This document shows, piece after piece, positions 1 to 13,720 of a stretch of DNA of 64,000 nucleotides. The stretch is from Methylophaga sp. (GTDB lineage Bacteria > Pseudomonadota > Gammaproteobacteria > Nitrosococcales > Methylophagaceae): assembly GCA_020831825.1 (NCBI GenBank), contig JAFIFW010000010.1, forward strand, positions 113,243-177,242, in the 5' to 3' direction. Position 1 is the first letter of the stretch. Every line of letters begins with the position of its first letter. Both the position numbers and the translations under genes were made by a program. The notes under the pieces were generated by a model. It searched no databases, was not told where the DNA came from, and worked only from the letters and a program-made list of their open reading frames with translations.

Positions 1-137
1 TCATCCTTGCGCTCTGCCACTGCATTGGATAGCCAAACCGCTGACAGCAGTGCCAATAAACACAAGATTGTGGCAATTGCCACCCAGTAGAACGTGTGGC
101 GACCAGCAACATGCAAGGTTCGCTTGAGAATACTCAT
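1..137 (-). CDS. yhdP: 5' end of YhdP/AsmA-like phospholipid transport protein (partial, runs off window)
   Basis: ATG at 137 reads MSILKRTLHVAGRHTFYWVAIATILCLLALLSAVWL (basic N-terminus plus one TM helix); directly follows rng as in the conserved maf-rng-yhdP order. Confidence 0.6.
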   Translation of the reverse strand, partial: MSILKRTLHVAGRHTFYWVAIATILCLLALLSAVWLSNAVAERKD

Positions 138-141
138 GGGT

Positions 142-1614
142 CTACATCAGCACCACGTTGAACTGCTCCCGACCATATTGGCTATCACATTGAAAAAGGA
201 TAGGCTTGCCAATCAACTGCTCAAGCTCCGCCACTTTGGTTGAATCTTCATCATTCAAGCGGTCGATAACATCCTGTGATGCCAGCACCATAAATTGCTT
301 GCTCTCATATTGCTTGGACTCTCGGATAATCTCACGAAAAATCTCATAGCAGACGGTTTCGACATTTTTGGTATAGCCTTTGCCCTGACAACATGGACAA
401 GGCTCGCACAGGATATGCCCCAGACTTTCTCGCGTTCGCTTGCGTGTCATTTCGACCAGGCCCAGTTCGGAAACAGCACTGATTTTGTGTCGCGCCCGAT
501 CCAGTGACATCGCTTTCTCAAGCGTTCGCAATACCTGCTCGCGATGTGCCTGCTCATCCATATCGATAAAGTCGATGATGATAATGCCGCCAAGATTACG
601 GACACGCAATTGTCTGGCAATAGCTTGTGCCGCCTCGAGATTGGTCTTGAATATGGTTTCTTCCAGATTCTTGTGACCGACAAATCCACCGGTGTTCACA
701 TCCACCGTGGTCATTGCCTCGGTCTGGTCGAATATTACATAGCCCCCGGATTTCAGAGGGACTTTGCGATCCAGTGCTTTTTGAATTTCATCTTCGACCG
801 CAAATAAGTCAAATAATGGTCGATCGCCGCGGTACAGCTCCAGCAAGCTTATGCATTCAGGCATAAAACCCTCAGCAAATCGAACAGCAGCCTGATAGGT
901 TTCATTAGAATCGATGCGGATTCTTTCAATCTCTGGCGACAGTAGATCCCTGAGTGAGCGCAGCGCCAAGGGCAAGTCTTGGTAGAGCGGTTCACCGCAA
1001 TTGACTGCTGCCATTCGTTCAGTCAGCTTTGCCCACAGGCGATGCAAAAACTGCAGATCCGCTTCGAGTTCAGCTTCCGCTGCCCCCTCCGCCGCTGTTC
1101 GCACAATATAACCCGCGGCATCCTCCGGTAATAAAGCGGTCAGGGATTGCTTGAGTCGATCCCGCTCCTGTTCAGTTTCGATTTTAAGCGAGACTCCAAT
1201 ACCCTCTGTTTCAGGCATGTAAACCAAATATCTCGATGAAACCGACAGTTGGGTGGTCAAGCGAGCGCCCTTACTGCCCATCGGATCCTTGATGACCTGC
1301 ACCAGTAATTCCTGACCTTCTCGAAGCAGGCTGGTGATGGGAGGAGTGACTTTTTGGGCCTCCTTGAGGTCACCGGTCTGCCCTTTGGGCATGGAAATAT
1401 CCGAAGCATGCAAAAATGCAGCTCTCGACAGGCCAATTTCCACAAAAGCAGCCTGCATTCCGGGCAATACACGACAGACCTTGCCTTTGTAGATATTGCC
1501 TACCAGCCCGCGATATTCGCTGCGCTCAATAAAGACTTCCTGCAATACACCATTTTCGACCACTGCAGCACGTGTCTCGCTGGGCGTTACATTAATCAGA
1601 ATCTCACTGCTCAC
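142..1614 (-). CDS. rng: Ribonuclease G
   Basis: GNIYKGKV..VLPGMQAAFV S1 region, DVNTG, GGIIIIDFIDM, CPCCQG Zn-link; 490 aa with no RNase E C-terminal half. Confidence 0.95.
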   Translation of the reverse strand: MSSEILINVTPSETRAAVVENGVLQEVFIERSEYRGLVGNIYKGKVCRVLPGMQAAFVEIGLSRAAFLHASDISMPKGQTGDLKEAQKVTPPITSLLREGQELLVQVIKDPMGSKGARLTTQLSVSSRYLVYMPETEGIGVSLKIETEQERDRLKQSLTALLPEDAAGYIVRTAAEGAAEAELEADLQFLHRLWAKLTERMAAVNCGEPLYQDLPLALRSLRDLLSPEIERIRIDSNETYQAAVRFAEGFMPECISLLELYRGDRPLFDLFAVEDEIQKALDRKVPLKSGGYVIFDQTEAMTTVDVNTGGFVGHKNLEETIFKTNLEAAQAIARQLRVRNLGGIIIIDFIDMDEQAHREQVLRTLEKAMSLDRARHKISAVSELGLVEMTRKRTRESLGHILCEPCPCCQGKGYTKNVETVCYEIFREIIRESKQYESKQFMVLASQDVIDRLNDEDSTKVAELEQLIGKPILFQCDSQYGREQFNVVLM

Positions 1615-2182
1615 CGCTGTTTACCTGTCTTAATAACTGCACTGTTTCAAATAGAGGCAAGCCCATAATACCCGAGTAACTGCCATTGATATGGTGGATG
1701 AAAACAGCGGCTAGTCCCTGAACGGCATAGCCACCTGCCTTGTCATGGCCTTCACCGCTGGCGATATACCAATCAATATCCGCTTCTGAAAGCGTGCTAA
1801 AGGTCACTTCGTTAACCTGTAACAGACAATGATAAGAAAGTGCATTTTGCACAGCCACTGCCGTCATCACTTGGTGGCAACGCCCTGAGAGCATTGACAG
1901 CATTCGCCTGGCTTCGCTGTCTGTTTCGGGTTTGCCGAGAATATGTCCATCAATCACGACCGAAGTATCGGCCGCAAGCACAGGACGATCTTTCAGACTC
2001 ACCTGCCAGCCCGCTTCCGCCTTCATAGATGCAACACGTTTTACGTAGGATTCAGCAGATTCTTCTGCCTGAACCGACTCATCAACAGACACACGAAGTA
2101 CCTGAAAGTCGACCTTGATCTGCCGAAGGAGTTCACTTCGGCGTGGTGAGGTTGAAGCAAGATAGATAGGAGACAGAATCAT
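1604..2182 (-). CDS. maf: Maf/YhdE nucleoside triphosphate pyrophosphatase
   Basis: LASTSPRR, ADTSV, ILGKP, DKAGGYAVQG, IMGLPL. Confidence 0.93.
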   Translation of the reverse strand: MILSPIYLASTSPRRSELLRQIKVDFQVLRVSVDESVQAEESAESYVKRVASMKAEAGWQVSLKDRPVLAADTSVVIDGHILGKPETDSEARRMLSMLSGRCHQVMTAVAVQNALSYHCLLQVNEVTFSTLSEADIDWYIASGEGHDKAGGYAVQGLAAVFIHHINGSYSGIMGLPLFETVQLLRQVNSGEQ

Positions 2183-2646
2183 GCGCGATGATAGGGATGA
2201 TTCTGCAGCACTGTCCAGGCACGATACAGTTGCTCTGCCAGTACAATTCGAACCAGAGGATGCGGCAGCGTCAGCGCAGACAGTGACCAGCTTTGATCTG
2301 CGCGATCAAGACAGGCTTTTGACAAACCATCAGGGCCACCAATCACAAAACAGACATCCTTACCTCCCGCCAGCCATTGCTGCATTTGTTGAGCGAGTTG
2401 TTCGGTACTCCATGAGCGACCGGCGACTTCCAATGCCACCATATGTTGATTGCCGGCGGCCGTCAGAATTCGCTGGCCTTCCTCCTGCATCCACTGTTCA
2501 GGCTGGCCTGTCTTACCGCGTCGAGCTGCTGGAATTTCACTGAGTTGCAGTGGTATGTCACGAGGCAAGCGGCGGCTGTATTCTTCCACACCCTCGTTCA
2601 CCCACCGCGGCATTTTACTGCCAACAGCGAGTATATTGAGTTTCAT
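2179..2646 (-). CDS. rlmH: 23S rRNA m3Psi1915 methyltransferase
   Basis: [38 protein letters not shown] motifs. Confidence 0.96.
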   Translation of the reverse strand: MKLNILAVGSKMPRWVNEGVEEYSRRLPRDIPLQLSEIPAARRGKTGQPEQWMQEEGQRILTAAGNQHMVALEVAGRSWSTEQLAQQMQQWLAGGKDVCFVIGGPDGLSKACLDRADQSWSLSALTLPHPLVRIVLAEQLYRAWTVLQNHPYHRA

Positions 2647-2999
2647 TCCCTGGAAGCTGACTCCGTTGATTGAACATCAGGCACAGACCAGAGTTTTTCC
2701 AGGTTGTAAGTCATTCGTGTTTGCGCCGTCATCACGTGGGTAATCACATCGCCCAAATCGACCAGTGCCCATTCGCCGACTTCTTCACCTTCAACTCCAA
2801 GTGGCTGAACGCCTGCGGCTTTGGCTTTCATAACCACTTCGTTGGCAAGGGCCTTGACTTGTCGGGTAGATTTGCCAGTGGCAATAACCATGAAATCAGT
2901 AAAATCGGTCATATTGGTTACATCAAGGACTTCAATGTTTTCAGCCTTGATTTCTTCCAGTGCGTCAATCACCAGTAATTTAAGTTGTTCAGCCTGCAT
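2643..2999 (-). CDS. rsfS: Ribosome silencing factor
   Basis: [44 protein letters not shown]. Confidence 0.95.
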   Translation of the reverse strand: MQAEQLKLLVIDALEEIKAENIEVLDVTNMTDFTDFMVIATGKSTRQVKALANEVVMKAKAAGVQPLGVEGEEVGEWALVDLGDVITHVMTAQTRMTYNLEKLWSVPDVQSTESASRE

Positions 3000-3086
3000 G
3001 GGCTTCTCCGTTATTCAATATTTGTATAGTGTAGCGCATACCGTAACGATCGTCTCCGACAAGCCCGCCAGTGAGCCTTAAACGGT

Positions 3087-3740
3087 CTAATCAGGGTGAT
3101 ACAACCCCAATTGGTCTATCAGGCTGATAACAGCCTCCGGCATCAAAAATCGCGCTGAGCGATGCTCGGCAAAGCAGTTTCTGATTTGGGTGGCAGAAAC
3201 CGCCATCTGCGTCACCGCCAACGGCCATATTTTTCCAGCCGCGAGTGTTCGATCAGCGGCTGTTGCAAGATGCGTGTGATACCAACTGTCGAGTTCATCA
3301 GGCAACTGACTTGGCTGCTCAGGTCGTTGCATCACCACCAGATGTGCCAGGTCCAATAATTCTGTCCAGCGTGACCAGCTGTGAAGGCCCTGAAAAGCAT
3401 CACTACCCACCAGAAAAAACAAAGGATTCTCGGGAAACTCCTTACGCAGGCTCAGCAAGGTATCCACTGAATATGAAGGGCCGCTGCGATGCAATTCACT
3501 ATCATCCACCACAAAACCTTCCAGGCCCTTGATCGCCAACTCAAGCATGAGTCGACGTTCCTTCGCTGAAGCAATCGGTTGCTGCCGATGTGGTGGTGTC
3601 GCACAGGGAACCAGACGCATTTGCTCAAGATTGAGCTGTTGCATCACTTCAAGCGCCGGACGCAAATGACCAAAATGAACCGGATCAAAGGTTCCGCCCA
3701 GAATACCTATTGCGGGTAGCTCAGTTTCGAATCTGACCAC
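3087..3740 (-). CDS. nadD: Nicotinate-nucleotide adenylyltransferase
   Basis: [27 protein letters not shown]; start approximate. Confidence 0.95.
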   Translation of the reverse strand: MVRFETELPAIGILGGTFDPVHFGHLRPALEVMQQLNLEQMRLVPCATPPHRQQPIASAKERRLMLELAIKGLEGFVVDDSELHRSGPSYSVDTLLSLRKEFPENPLFFLVGSDAFQGLHSWSRWTELLDLAHLVVMQRPEQPSQLPDELDSWYHTHLATAADRTLAAGKIWPLAVTQMAVSATQIRNCFAEHRSARFLMPEAVISLIDQLGLYHPD

Positions 3741-4977
3741 TGCCCAGCACGATCCATTTTTGCGAGGTCAAGCCCAACAGGCCAACCGGGCCACGAGCAT
3801 GAATTTTGTCAGTGGAAATGCCAATTTCAGCACCAAGGCCGTATTCAAAACCATCAGCGAATCGAGTCGAAGCATTGACCATGACCGAACTCGAATCCAC
3901 CTCACGCAAGAAACGTCGAGCCTTGCTGTAATTTTCCGTCACGATAGTTTCTGTATGCGCCGAGCTATGCCGGTCAATATGATCAAGCGCTTCATCCAGT
4001 CCGTTCACCACTCGAATTGACAATATCGGAGCCAGGTATTCGGTATCCCAATCAGCCTCTGTCACGGCAATCGCTTGAGGCAAAATTTCCCGTGTGCGTT
4101 CGCAGCCACGCAGTTCAACTTGTTCAGAGGCATAGCGCGCTGCAATTTTTGGCAGAAACTCGGCAGCTATAGCGATATCTACCAGCAAAGTCTCCATCGC
4201 ATTACAAACGCCATATCGATGGCATTTGGCGTTAAACGCGATTTCCTCGGCCATAAACAAGTCGGCTTCAGCATCAATGTAGACATGACAAATGCCATCA
4301 AGATGTTTGATCACAGGTACGCGGGCTTCACGGCTGACACGCTCAATCAGGCCCTTGCCGCCACGAGGCACAATGACATCCACATAATCGGTCATTCGCA
4401 CCAACTCATCGACTGCCGAACGATCAGTGGTTTCAACAACTTGAACTGCATTGGCGGGCAAGCCAGCCTTGATCAAACCGGCTTCAATGCACCTGGCAAT
4501 CGCTTGATTGGAATGAATGGCTTCACTGCCACCACGTAATATGGTGGCGTTGCCGGATTTCAGACACAGCGCGGCGGCATCAACTGTCACATTGGGTCTC
4601 GACTCATAGATGATTCCAACCACCCCCAGTGGTACACGCATCTGACCCAGCTGAATTCCTGATGGTCGATAGGTCATATTGCTGATTTCGCCCACAGGAT
4701 CTGGCAGTTGAGCAATCTGCTCCAGCCCTTCGGTCATTTGTTCGATGCGCGCATCCGTCAACGTGAGTCTGTCCAGCATTGCGGCGTCGAGGCCTTTTGC
4801 CTTGCCAGTGTCCATATCTTTGGCATTCTCTTCTTTGAGGCTGCTTGCGGCCGAGCGAATCTGCGTCGCGATCTCAAGCAAGGCGACATTCTTGTCGCTG
4901 GTTGACGCGCGTGCCAGCAGACGGGCAGCTTGTCTGGCTTGCTGTCCCAGTGTCTGCATATAATCACTGATGTTCAA
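3721..4977 (-). CDS. proA: Glutamate-5-semialdehyde dehydrogenase
   Basis: [47 protein letters not shown]. Confidence 0.97.
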   Translation of the reverse strand: MNISDYMQTLGQQARQAARLLARASTSDKNVALLEIATQIRSAASSLKEENAKDMDTGKAKGLDAAMLDRLTLTDARIEQMTEGLEQIAQLPDPVGEISNMTYRPSGIQLGQMRVPLGVVGIIYESRPNVTVDAAALCLKSGNATILRGGSEAIHSNQAIARCIEAGLIKAGLPANAVQVVETTDRSAVDELVRMTDYVDVIVPRGGKGLIERVSREARVPVIKHLDGICHVYIDAEADLFMAEEIAFNAKCHRYGVCNAMETLLVDIAIAAEFLPKIAARYASEQVELRGCERTREILPQAIAVTEADWDTEYLAPILSIRVVNGLDEALDHIDRHSSAHTETIVTENYSKARRFLREVDSSSVMVNASTRFADGFEYGLGAEIGISTDKIHARGPVGLLGLTSQKWIVLGSGQIRN

Positions 4978-6023
4978 TGAAAATCTCCTCTAATCTCGGC
5001 AGTCGCAGTGTTTAATTGTACACCGGCAAGCTGTAGGCAAAGCGCTTCCAACAACTGCCAGGGTGATACCGAAAGCCCCCCCTTGGCAGCTTGGTCAACC
5101 AGTGACAGCTGCTGCAAAAACATCAGCCATTGCTGAGGTTGATGGCGCATTAATGCTTGTCTTATCATCGCCTGACTTTTTTCCCATACCGGGGGTTTTT
5201 GACTGGCAAAAATCTGTTGCAATGGGCGGCCCTGCTGAAGCTGAAGTGCCATATCGACACATCGCTGCACAGACCACGATACAGCAGAAAATACACTAAG
5301 GACTTCAACACCCTCGGCTTGTAGTGTTCGAATCGTTCGGGGTATTCGATCAATCTGTCCAGCGTAGATCTGATCCATCAGTCCAAAGGCCTCAAAACGG
5401 GCATTGTCTGCCACTGATGCCAGTACCATTTGATCATCAACATGGCCGTTGTCGGCCAGCAAGGCCAACTTGTCTATCTCTTGAGCAGCGGCAAACAAAT
5501 TACCTTCAACGCGCTCGGCAATGACTGCAGAAATGTCAGCGTTGAGCGATACGCCTCGTTGTGCTGCTCGTTGCCTGATCCAGGCTGGCAGTCGTTCCAA
5601 TGTCACGGGCCAAATCATTACCGTCGCGCCGATACGTTCCAGCTCTGAGTACCATTTAGCTTTTTGTTGGGCAGGTGCAATTTTGCCACTGATGATTAAC
5701 ACGGTTGTGTCTTCAGCAGGCTGACTGGCGAAATTTCTTAACAGCTCGCTACCCTCTTTGCCCGGACTGCCTGACGGCAAGCGAATTTCCAGCAAACGTT
5801 GGGAAGCGAACAAAGACATCGACTGCGCTTGCCAGGGGATCTGTGTCCAATCAAACTTGCCTTCAACATGCCATACCTGACGTTCTGCCTGACGCTGTCG
5901 CAATGCACTGCGAACAACATCTGCTGCCTCTTCGACTAATAGCGGTTCATCACCATGAATCAGGTAAACAGGGAGCAACTGTTGTTGCAGTTGTTGTGCG
6001 AGTTGTTCACTTTTCAGTCGCAT
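4974..6023 (-). CDS. holA: DNA polymerase III delta subunit
   Basis: [30 protein letters not shown]; leuS-lptE-holA order. Confidence 0.93.
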   Translation of the reverse strand: MRLKSEQLAQQLQQQLLPVYLIHGDEPLLVEEAADVVRSALRQRQAERQVWHVEGKFDWTQIPWQAQSMSLFASQRLLEIRLPSGSPGKEGSELLRNFASQPAEDTTVLIISGKIAPAQQKAKWYSELERIGATVMIWPVTLERLPAWIRQRAAQRGVSLNADISAVIAERVEGNLFAAAQEIDKLALLADNGHVDDQMVLASVADNARFEAFGLMDQIYAGQIDRIPRTIRTLQAEGVEVLSVFSAVSWSVQRCVDMALQLQQGRPLQQIFASQKPPVWEKSQAMIRQALMRHQPQQWLMFLQQLSLVDQAAKGGLSVSPWQLLEALCLQLAGVQLNTATAEIRGDFH

Positions 6024-6035
6024 CTGCAGTGCTTA

Positions 6036-6527
6036 TCACAATACAGACAAACGCCGCAGAATACTCTGGACCAATTGCTCATTCATCTGTACTTCCAGCA
6101 GTCGTTGTTCTTCACCGAGCCCGATAACCTGATCAGGGTCAAACTGCAGATCACGTCGTGCTTCAAAGCGCTCGGCGTCAATCAGCATGGTAGAGTTCGC
6201 ATCAACCAACTGAATCACAACTTGTCGTTCCAGTTCGTATTCACTGACCTTGCCGCTGAAAGAAACCGAAAGCACCCGCCTTTCGAAATTGTTTTCAATA
6301 ATTGACAGGACCGCAGCCCCTTCCTGGTAACGATCGACAACCGTAATGCCATTACGAGTCAGCGTACGCCGAAGCTCAAGACCTAAGTCCCGCTGCATGT
6401 TAACGCCCTGAACGTATAGCAACTTGAGCTCATCAGGTAACTCGGCAGCACCTCTCAACTGAAAGCCACAGGCCGTGATTGCCAGCATGCTCATCAGGAG
6501 CACTAACCTTGAAATCAACAGTTTCAT
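6036..6527 (-). CDS. lptE: LPS assembly lipoprotein LptE
   Basis: Lipobox ITAC-GFQLRG; between leuS and holA. Confidence 0.92.
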   Translation of the reverse strand: MKLLISRLVLLMSMLAITACGFQLRGAAELPDELKLLYVQGVNMQRDLGLELRRTLTRNGITVVDRYQEGAAVLSIIENNFERRVLSVSFSGKVSEYELERQVVIQLVDANSTMLIDAERFEARRDLQFDPDQVIGLGEEQRLLEVQMNEQLVQSILRRLSVL

Positions 6528-6556
6528 GAATCTATTTTCATCCTCAGAAGCAACTG

Positions 6557-9100
<2,544 letters not shown>

Positions 9101-9140
9101 TCATTGTTAGTACGGCAGCATCAGCATGTTGTTGCCATAC

Positions 9141-9166
9141 AAAAAAGGCAGCCGATGGCTGCCTTT
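9141..9166 (-). terminator. Intrinsic terminator after the H-NS-like gene
   Basis: On minus strand AAAGGCAGCC-ATC-GGCTGCCTTTTTT. Confidence 0.8.
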
Positions 9167-9188
9167 AGGGTGAGGTGAGATCAATGCT

Positions 9189-9578
9189 TTAGCCGACTCT
9201 GAAATCTTCAATTTTTTTGCCTTGATTGAGCTCATCAACCAGCCACAGTGGACGCTTTCCAAAACCTTTCCAGGTTTTAGATGGATCCTCTGGGTGGCGA
9301 TATTTGACGTCAGCAGTGGCACGAGGCTTGCGCTGCGGTGTCATTGCAACACGCATATTTTTGGCCACAGCACTCAATGCAACAGCAGGTGTGACTTTTT
9401 TGCTTTTAGCAAGCTGTCTAACAGCGTCAGCAACGGCTGCAACATCTGCATCTTTACTATTCAGAATATCCTGCTTTTTTGTTTTTAATTTTTTGATTTG
9501 TTTTTTTGATTGATTAATCAGGTTCTGCAATTCTTGCTCAGAAAGACTTTTTAAATCAATTTTTGATAAGTCGGCCAT
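9189..9578 (-). CDS. H-NS family nucleoid-associated protein
   Basis: N-terminal coiled coil; C-terminal KYRHPEDPSKTWKGFGKRPLWL resembles the H-NS DNA-binding domain. Confidence 0.85.
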   Translation of the reverse strand: MADLSKIDLKSLSEQELQNLINQSKKQIKKLKTKKQDILNSKDADVAAVADAVRQLAKSKKVTPAVALSAVAKNMRVAMTPQRKPRATADVKYRHPEDPSKTWKGFGKRPLWLVDELNQGKKIEDFRVG

Positions 9579-9644
9579 TTACAGATTCCTCATACATTAT
9601 TATTGTCATTCGCTTCTTATTTTACACAGTCAGCCAAAAGGTTG

Positions 9645-9923
<279 letters not shown>

Positions 9924-10430
9924 TTAATGATGGTGTTTATCAGGGCTTTGAGCGAGCTTTCGCTGAAGTGCAGACTTCACCACTGGCGCTACAAAATCCG
10001 AAACATCTCCACCCAATCTGGCTATCTCTCTGACCAGGCTTGAAGATATATAAGTAAACTGCTCCGAAGGCGTCAGAAATAGCGTCTCTACCGCGGGTTG
10101 CATACGCCGATTCATTGCAGCAAGTTGAATTTCATATTCAAAATCGGAAACCGCACGCAGCCCCCTGAGAATGACGTTCGCTTCTTTTTCTGCAGCAGCT
10201 TCTATCAACAAACCTTCAAAACCGCATACTTCAACATTATCAAATTCTCGCAAGATGAGCTTTGCCAGCTCTACCCGCTCAGCCAAGGTAAAAAAAGGTG
10301 TCTTTCCAGGGTTAACTGCTACCGCGACTACGACCTTTTTAAACAATTTACTGGCGCGAACAATCAGATCGAAATGACCATGCGTGATTGGATCGAAGGT
10401 TCCCGGATAAATGGCAGTGTTAGTTGTCAC
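9924..10430 (-). CDS. coaD: Phosphopantetheine adenylyltransferase
   Basis: [34 protein letters not shown]. Confidence 0.97.
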   Translation of the reverse strand: MTTNTAIYPGTFDPITHGHFDLIVRASKLFKKVVVAVAVNPGKTPFFTLAERVELAKLILREFDNVEVCGFEGLLIEAAAEKEANVILRGLRAVSDFEYEIQLAAMNRRMQPAVETLFLTPSEQFTYISSSLVREIARLGGDVSDFVAPVVKSALQRKLAQSPDKHHH

Positions 10431-11016
10431 TCTGTTTGCCTGTTATTCTGTTAAACAAGCAATATCTTACATCACCTGCGACTTTATCTTTGAATAATTG
10501 CCAATCGGCAGGCAGTTCAGGCATGTCCTGTTTGCTGCCGCATTCTAGATAAATTCTTGCCTGCGGCTTGAGGAGATTGTGCTCGGACAGCAGTTGTGCC
10601 AGTGGTGTCCATAAGGCTGCCTGATAGGGCGGATCCAAAAACACCACATCATATGGCTTGGTGCACTTGGCAATAAACTGCTGAGCTGTCATCTGATGCA
10701 ATTCACATGTGGCCGCCTGCAGTTGTGATGCATTGGTCTGAAGCTGCTGAAAAGCCAGACGATCAGGCTCAACCATGTCTACATGCAAAGCGCCTCGAGA
10801 CGCAGCCTCAAACCCCAGTGCACCACTGCCAGCACAACAATCCAGACAATATGCGCCAGGAATCACCGTTTGCAGCCAGTTAAATACTGTCTCCCTGACG
10901 CGATCCGGGGTCGGTCTCAGTCCAGTAACATCAGGAAATCCGAGTCGACGCCCTCGCCATTGTCCGCCAATTATCCGAAGTGTATTGGGCTTGGTTTTAT
11001 TCTGTTTTGCCACCAA
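10420..11016 (-). CDS. rsmD: 16S rRNA m2G966 methyltransferase
   Basis: [33 protein letters not shown]. Confidence 0.96.
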   Translation of the reverse strand: MVAKQNKTKPNTLRIIGGQWRGRRLGFPDVTGLRPTPDRVRETVFNWLQTVIPGAYCLDCCAGSGALGFEAASRGALHVDMVEPDRLAFQQLQTNASQLQAATCELHQMTAQQFIAKCTKPYDVVFLDPPYQAALWTPLAQLLSEHNLLKPQARIYLECGSKQDMPELPADWQLFKDKVAGDVRYCLFNRITGKQSDN

Positions 11017-12304
11017 CCATCACCGTCAGCATCCTGGAGGGGTCCAATCTGCGCTGAAAAGCTTCGCGTATCTGTTCAACAGTCACAGCATTTACCTGCT
11101 CGTTGAACCTGGATAAGTGATCACCAGGCAGTTGATAAAAGGCCATCATCGCCAAATAGTCTGCAATCTTGCTGTTACTGTCCAGACGTAAGGCAAAACC
11201 ACCGGTAATGTTTTGCTGTGCCGCTTCGAGTTGCTCTTGTGTAGGTCCGTTCTCAATAAAGTCACTCAGTGTCTGCATCATGACACGGTGTGCTTCCTGG
11301 GCCTGGTCATTGCGGGTCTGTAATACCATCTGGAAAGGACCTGCTTCACGCATGGGCCGAAAGAAGCTGTAGCTGGCGTAGGACAAACCGCGTTTTTCCC
11401 TGATTTCACCACTCAGCAGTGACACCAGCCCACTCCCGCCAAAGATATGATTACCAACATAGAGCGGGAAATAATCAGGGTCATGGCGGGTCATGCCTGG
11501 TTGTCCAACCATGATATGTGTCTGGCTGGAGGGATGTTCAATATAGTTGACAACACCAGACGATAACTCTGCAACAACTGGCAGCGGATCAGCAGGCGCG
11601 CCCTTGGGCAAATCAGCCAGGAGTTGTTCTACCAGCGCTTCAGCCTGTCGTCGGTCCAGATCCCCCACAATCACCACCACCGCATTAGCCGCTACGTAAT
11701 AGCGTTGATAGAACATCTGAATATCTTCTAGTGAAATGTCAGCCAATGCCTGTTCATGACCTGCGGGCATGCTCGCGTATGGGTGGTCTTCAGCATAAAT
11801 CCCGGCTTGAAAAGCTCGACTGGCAATCGCCCCAGGTGACTGACGTTCCGCCTGCAACCCGGTCAACATCTGATTCCGTAGTCGTTGAAATGAGGCCTCA
11901 GGAAAGCTGGGAGAGGTGAGAATTTGTCTAAAGGTATCCAGCGCAACTTCCATGGCTTCGTGTTCATTCAAAGTTCGCAAACTGAGCACGGCCATGTCGC
12001 GTTCAGCACTGGCACTATAGCGAGCACCGACATTGGCAAAGGCATCCGCTATTTCGTCAGTGTTCATTCTGGCCGTGCCTTCATTGAGCATTGCATTGGT
12101 CAGCAAAGCCAAGCCAGATTTGTCAGCATCCCTCGCCGCACCACCGTCAAACACCAGACGAACATCAACCATAGGCAGTTGTGGTGCTTCAAAGAACCAG
12201 ACAGGTGTTCCGTTAGATGCTTGCCATTGCTGAATATTGGGGCTTGCAGCGACTGAAACCGAAGTTATCAGCAGCGCACAAAAGGACAGAATCCTAGTTA
12301 GCAT
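10997..12304 (-). CDS. M16B peptidase, non-catalytic subunit (exported)
   Basis: M16 fold lacking HxxEH but with IREKRGLSY motif; signal peptide; GGAGG RBS before ATG 12304. Confidence 0.85.
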   Translation of the reverse strand: MLTRILSFCALLITSVSVAASPNIQQWQASNGTPVWFFEAPQLPMVDVRLVFDGGAARDADKSGLALLTNAMLNEGTARMNTDEIADAFANVGARYSASAERDMAVLSLRTLNEHEAMEVALDTFRQILTSPSFPEASFQRLRNQMLTGLQAERQSPGAIASRAFQAGIYAEDHPYASMPAGHEQALADISLEDIQMFYQRYYVAANAVVVIVGDLDRRQAEALVEQLLADLPKGAPADPLPVVAELSSGVVNYIEHPSSQTHIMVGQPGMTRHDPDYFPLYVGNHIFGGSGLVSLLSGEIREKRGLSYASYSFFRPMREAGPFQMVLQTRNDQAQEAHRVMMQTLSDFIENGPTQEQLEAAQQNITGGFALRLDSNSKIADYLAMMAFYQLPGDHLSRFNEQVNAVTVEQIREAFQRRLDPSRMLTVMVGGKTE

Positions 12305-13661
12305 AGTGGCCTCCATTGGCGTTTGCTGGTGAATGATTTTGATCGGCCGAAACAGGAGTCAGTTCGCCAACGGTCAATCGATGGTCTACAAAATACTTCT
12401 GAGCCACAGCCATGATTTGTTCAGCGGTAACGGCATTGATGTTATCCACGTAGGCATCGTTCAATCGCCAATCCAGTCCAATAGTCTCCAGAATGCCAAT
12501 TTGCATGCCCTGATAGAACAAACTGTCCTGCTCGTAGACCGAGCTGGCGATGACCTGGGTTTTTATCCGCTGAAGCTCTTCTTCAGAAACCAGACTGGTT
12601 TGCAGCGTTTCTATTTGCGCCATAATGGCAGCTTTGAGTTCTTCTATGGTGCGGCCCTGAGCCGGTGTGCCGCTGATGATAAATACTTCGTCCAGACGGG
12701 CAAATGCATTGTTGCGAGCGCTAACGCCAGCGGCAACCTGTTCACCACGTACCAATTGTCTGGCAAAGCGTCCACTGCTGCCACTGTCGAGCACAGCCGC
12801 AAGCACATCCAATGCATAAGGTTCCCATTCAATGTCAGCCGTTTTGATAACCGGCACTTTCCAGCCCATCATCAACGATGGCAGCTCGGCAGGCGCACGC
12901 ACTTCGATATAACGCTTGCCGTTTTGTGGCACCTCGGTTTGTGGCTTGAGTACGGCTACTTCACGCGCTTCAACCGGGCCGAAATATTTCAAAGCCAATT
13001 GGTAAACTTCTTCGGGGTCAACATCGCCCACCACAACCACTGTTGCATTATTGGGTGCGTACCATTTGTCGTACCAGCGTTGCAAATCTTCGATGGTGTA
13101 ATGTTCGATATCTACCATCCAACCAATGACCGGGTGATGATAGGGGCTGTTCATGAAAGCCGTCGCATTGAATGCTTCGAACAAGAGACCTCGAGGATTG
13201 TCATCGGTTCGCATGCGGCGCTCTTCTGCAACAACTTCTTTTTCCTTGAGCAGTTCTTCCTCATCCAGCAACAGATTTTGCATTCGGTCTGCTTCGTGGC
13301 GGAAGCTCACTGCCAGGCGGTCACGTTCCAATGTCTGAAAATAGGCAGTGTAGTCACGACTGGTAAAGGCATTCTCACTACCGCCATTGGCAGCAATGAT
13401 TCTCGAAAACTCGTTGGGTTCCAGATTTTGAGTGCCCTTGAACATCATGTGCTCAAGCATGTGTGAAATCCCGGTAATCCCGTTGTGCTCATAGCTGGAG
13501 CCAACTTTGTACCACACCTGTGACACCACAACCGGTGATCGGGTATCCGGTTTAACTATCAGCTTGAGTCCGTTATCAAGCTGATATTCCACTGTCTCTG
13601 ACATCACCAGCAGTGGTATAGCCAGCCATGTAACAAGAAACCAAATTTTTAGATTACGCAT
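12294..13661 (-). CDS. M16B zinc peptidase, catalytic subunit (exported)
   Basis: HMLEH inverted zincin motif, NAFTS.DYT.Y, V.EERR.R; signal peptide. Confidence 0.9.
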   Translation of the reverse strand: MRNLKIWFLVTWLAIPLLVMSETVEYQLDNGLKLIVKPDTRSPVVVSQVWYKVGSSYEHNGITGISHMLEHMMFKGTQNLEPNEFSRIIAANGGSENAFTSRDYTAYFQTLERDRLAVSFRHEADRMQNLLLDEEELLKEKEVVAEERRMRTDDNPRGLLFEAFNATAFMNSPYHHPVIGWMVDIEHYTIEDLQRWYDKWYAPNNATVVVVGDVDPEEVYQLALKYFGPVEAREVAVLKPQTEVPQNGKRYIEVRAPAELPSLMMGWKVPVIKTADIEWEPYALDVLAAVLDSGSSGRFARQLVRGEQVAAGVSARNNAFARLDEVFIISGTPAQGRTIEELKAAIMAQIETLQTSLVSEEELQRIKTQVIASSVYEQDSLFYQGMQIGILETIGLDWRLNDAYVDNINAVTAEQIMAVAQKYFVDHRLTVGELTPVSADQNHSPANANGGHYAN

Positions 13662-13720
13662 CTGCATCTCGCATGTTTTGAATGGTAAGATCTGAACGAA
13701 CTTTAACGACAAAAGAGATT

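Noticed and set aside
12333-13466. 377-aa plus-strand ORF
   Set aside because: Entirely antisense to the M16 peptidase, no recognisable motifs; shadow ORF
10997-13661. M16 pair with one inactive subunit as a novelty
   Set aside because: Matches the known heterodimeric M16B arrangement
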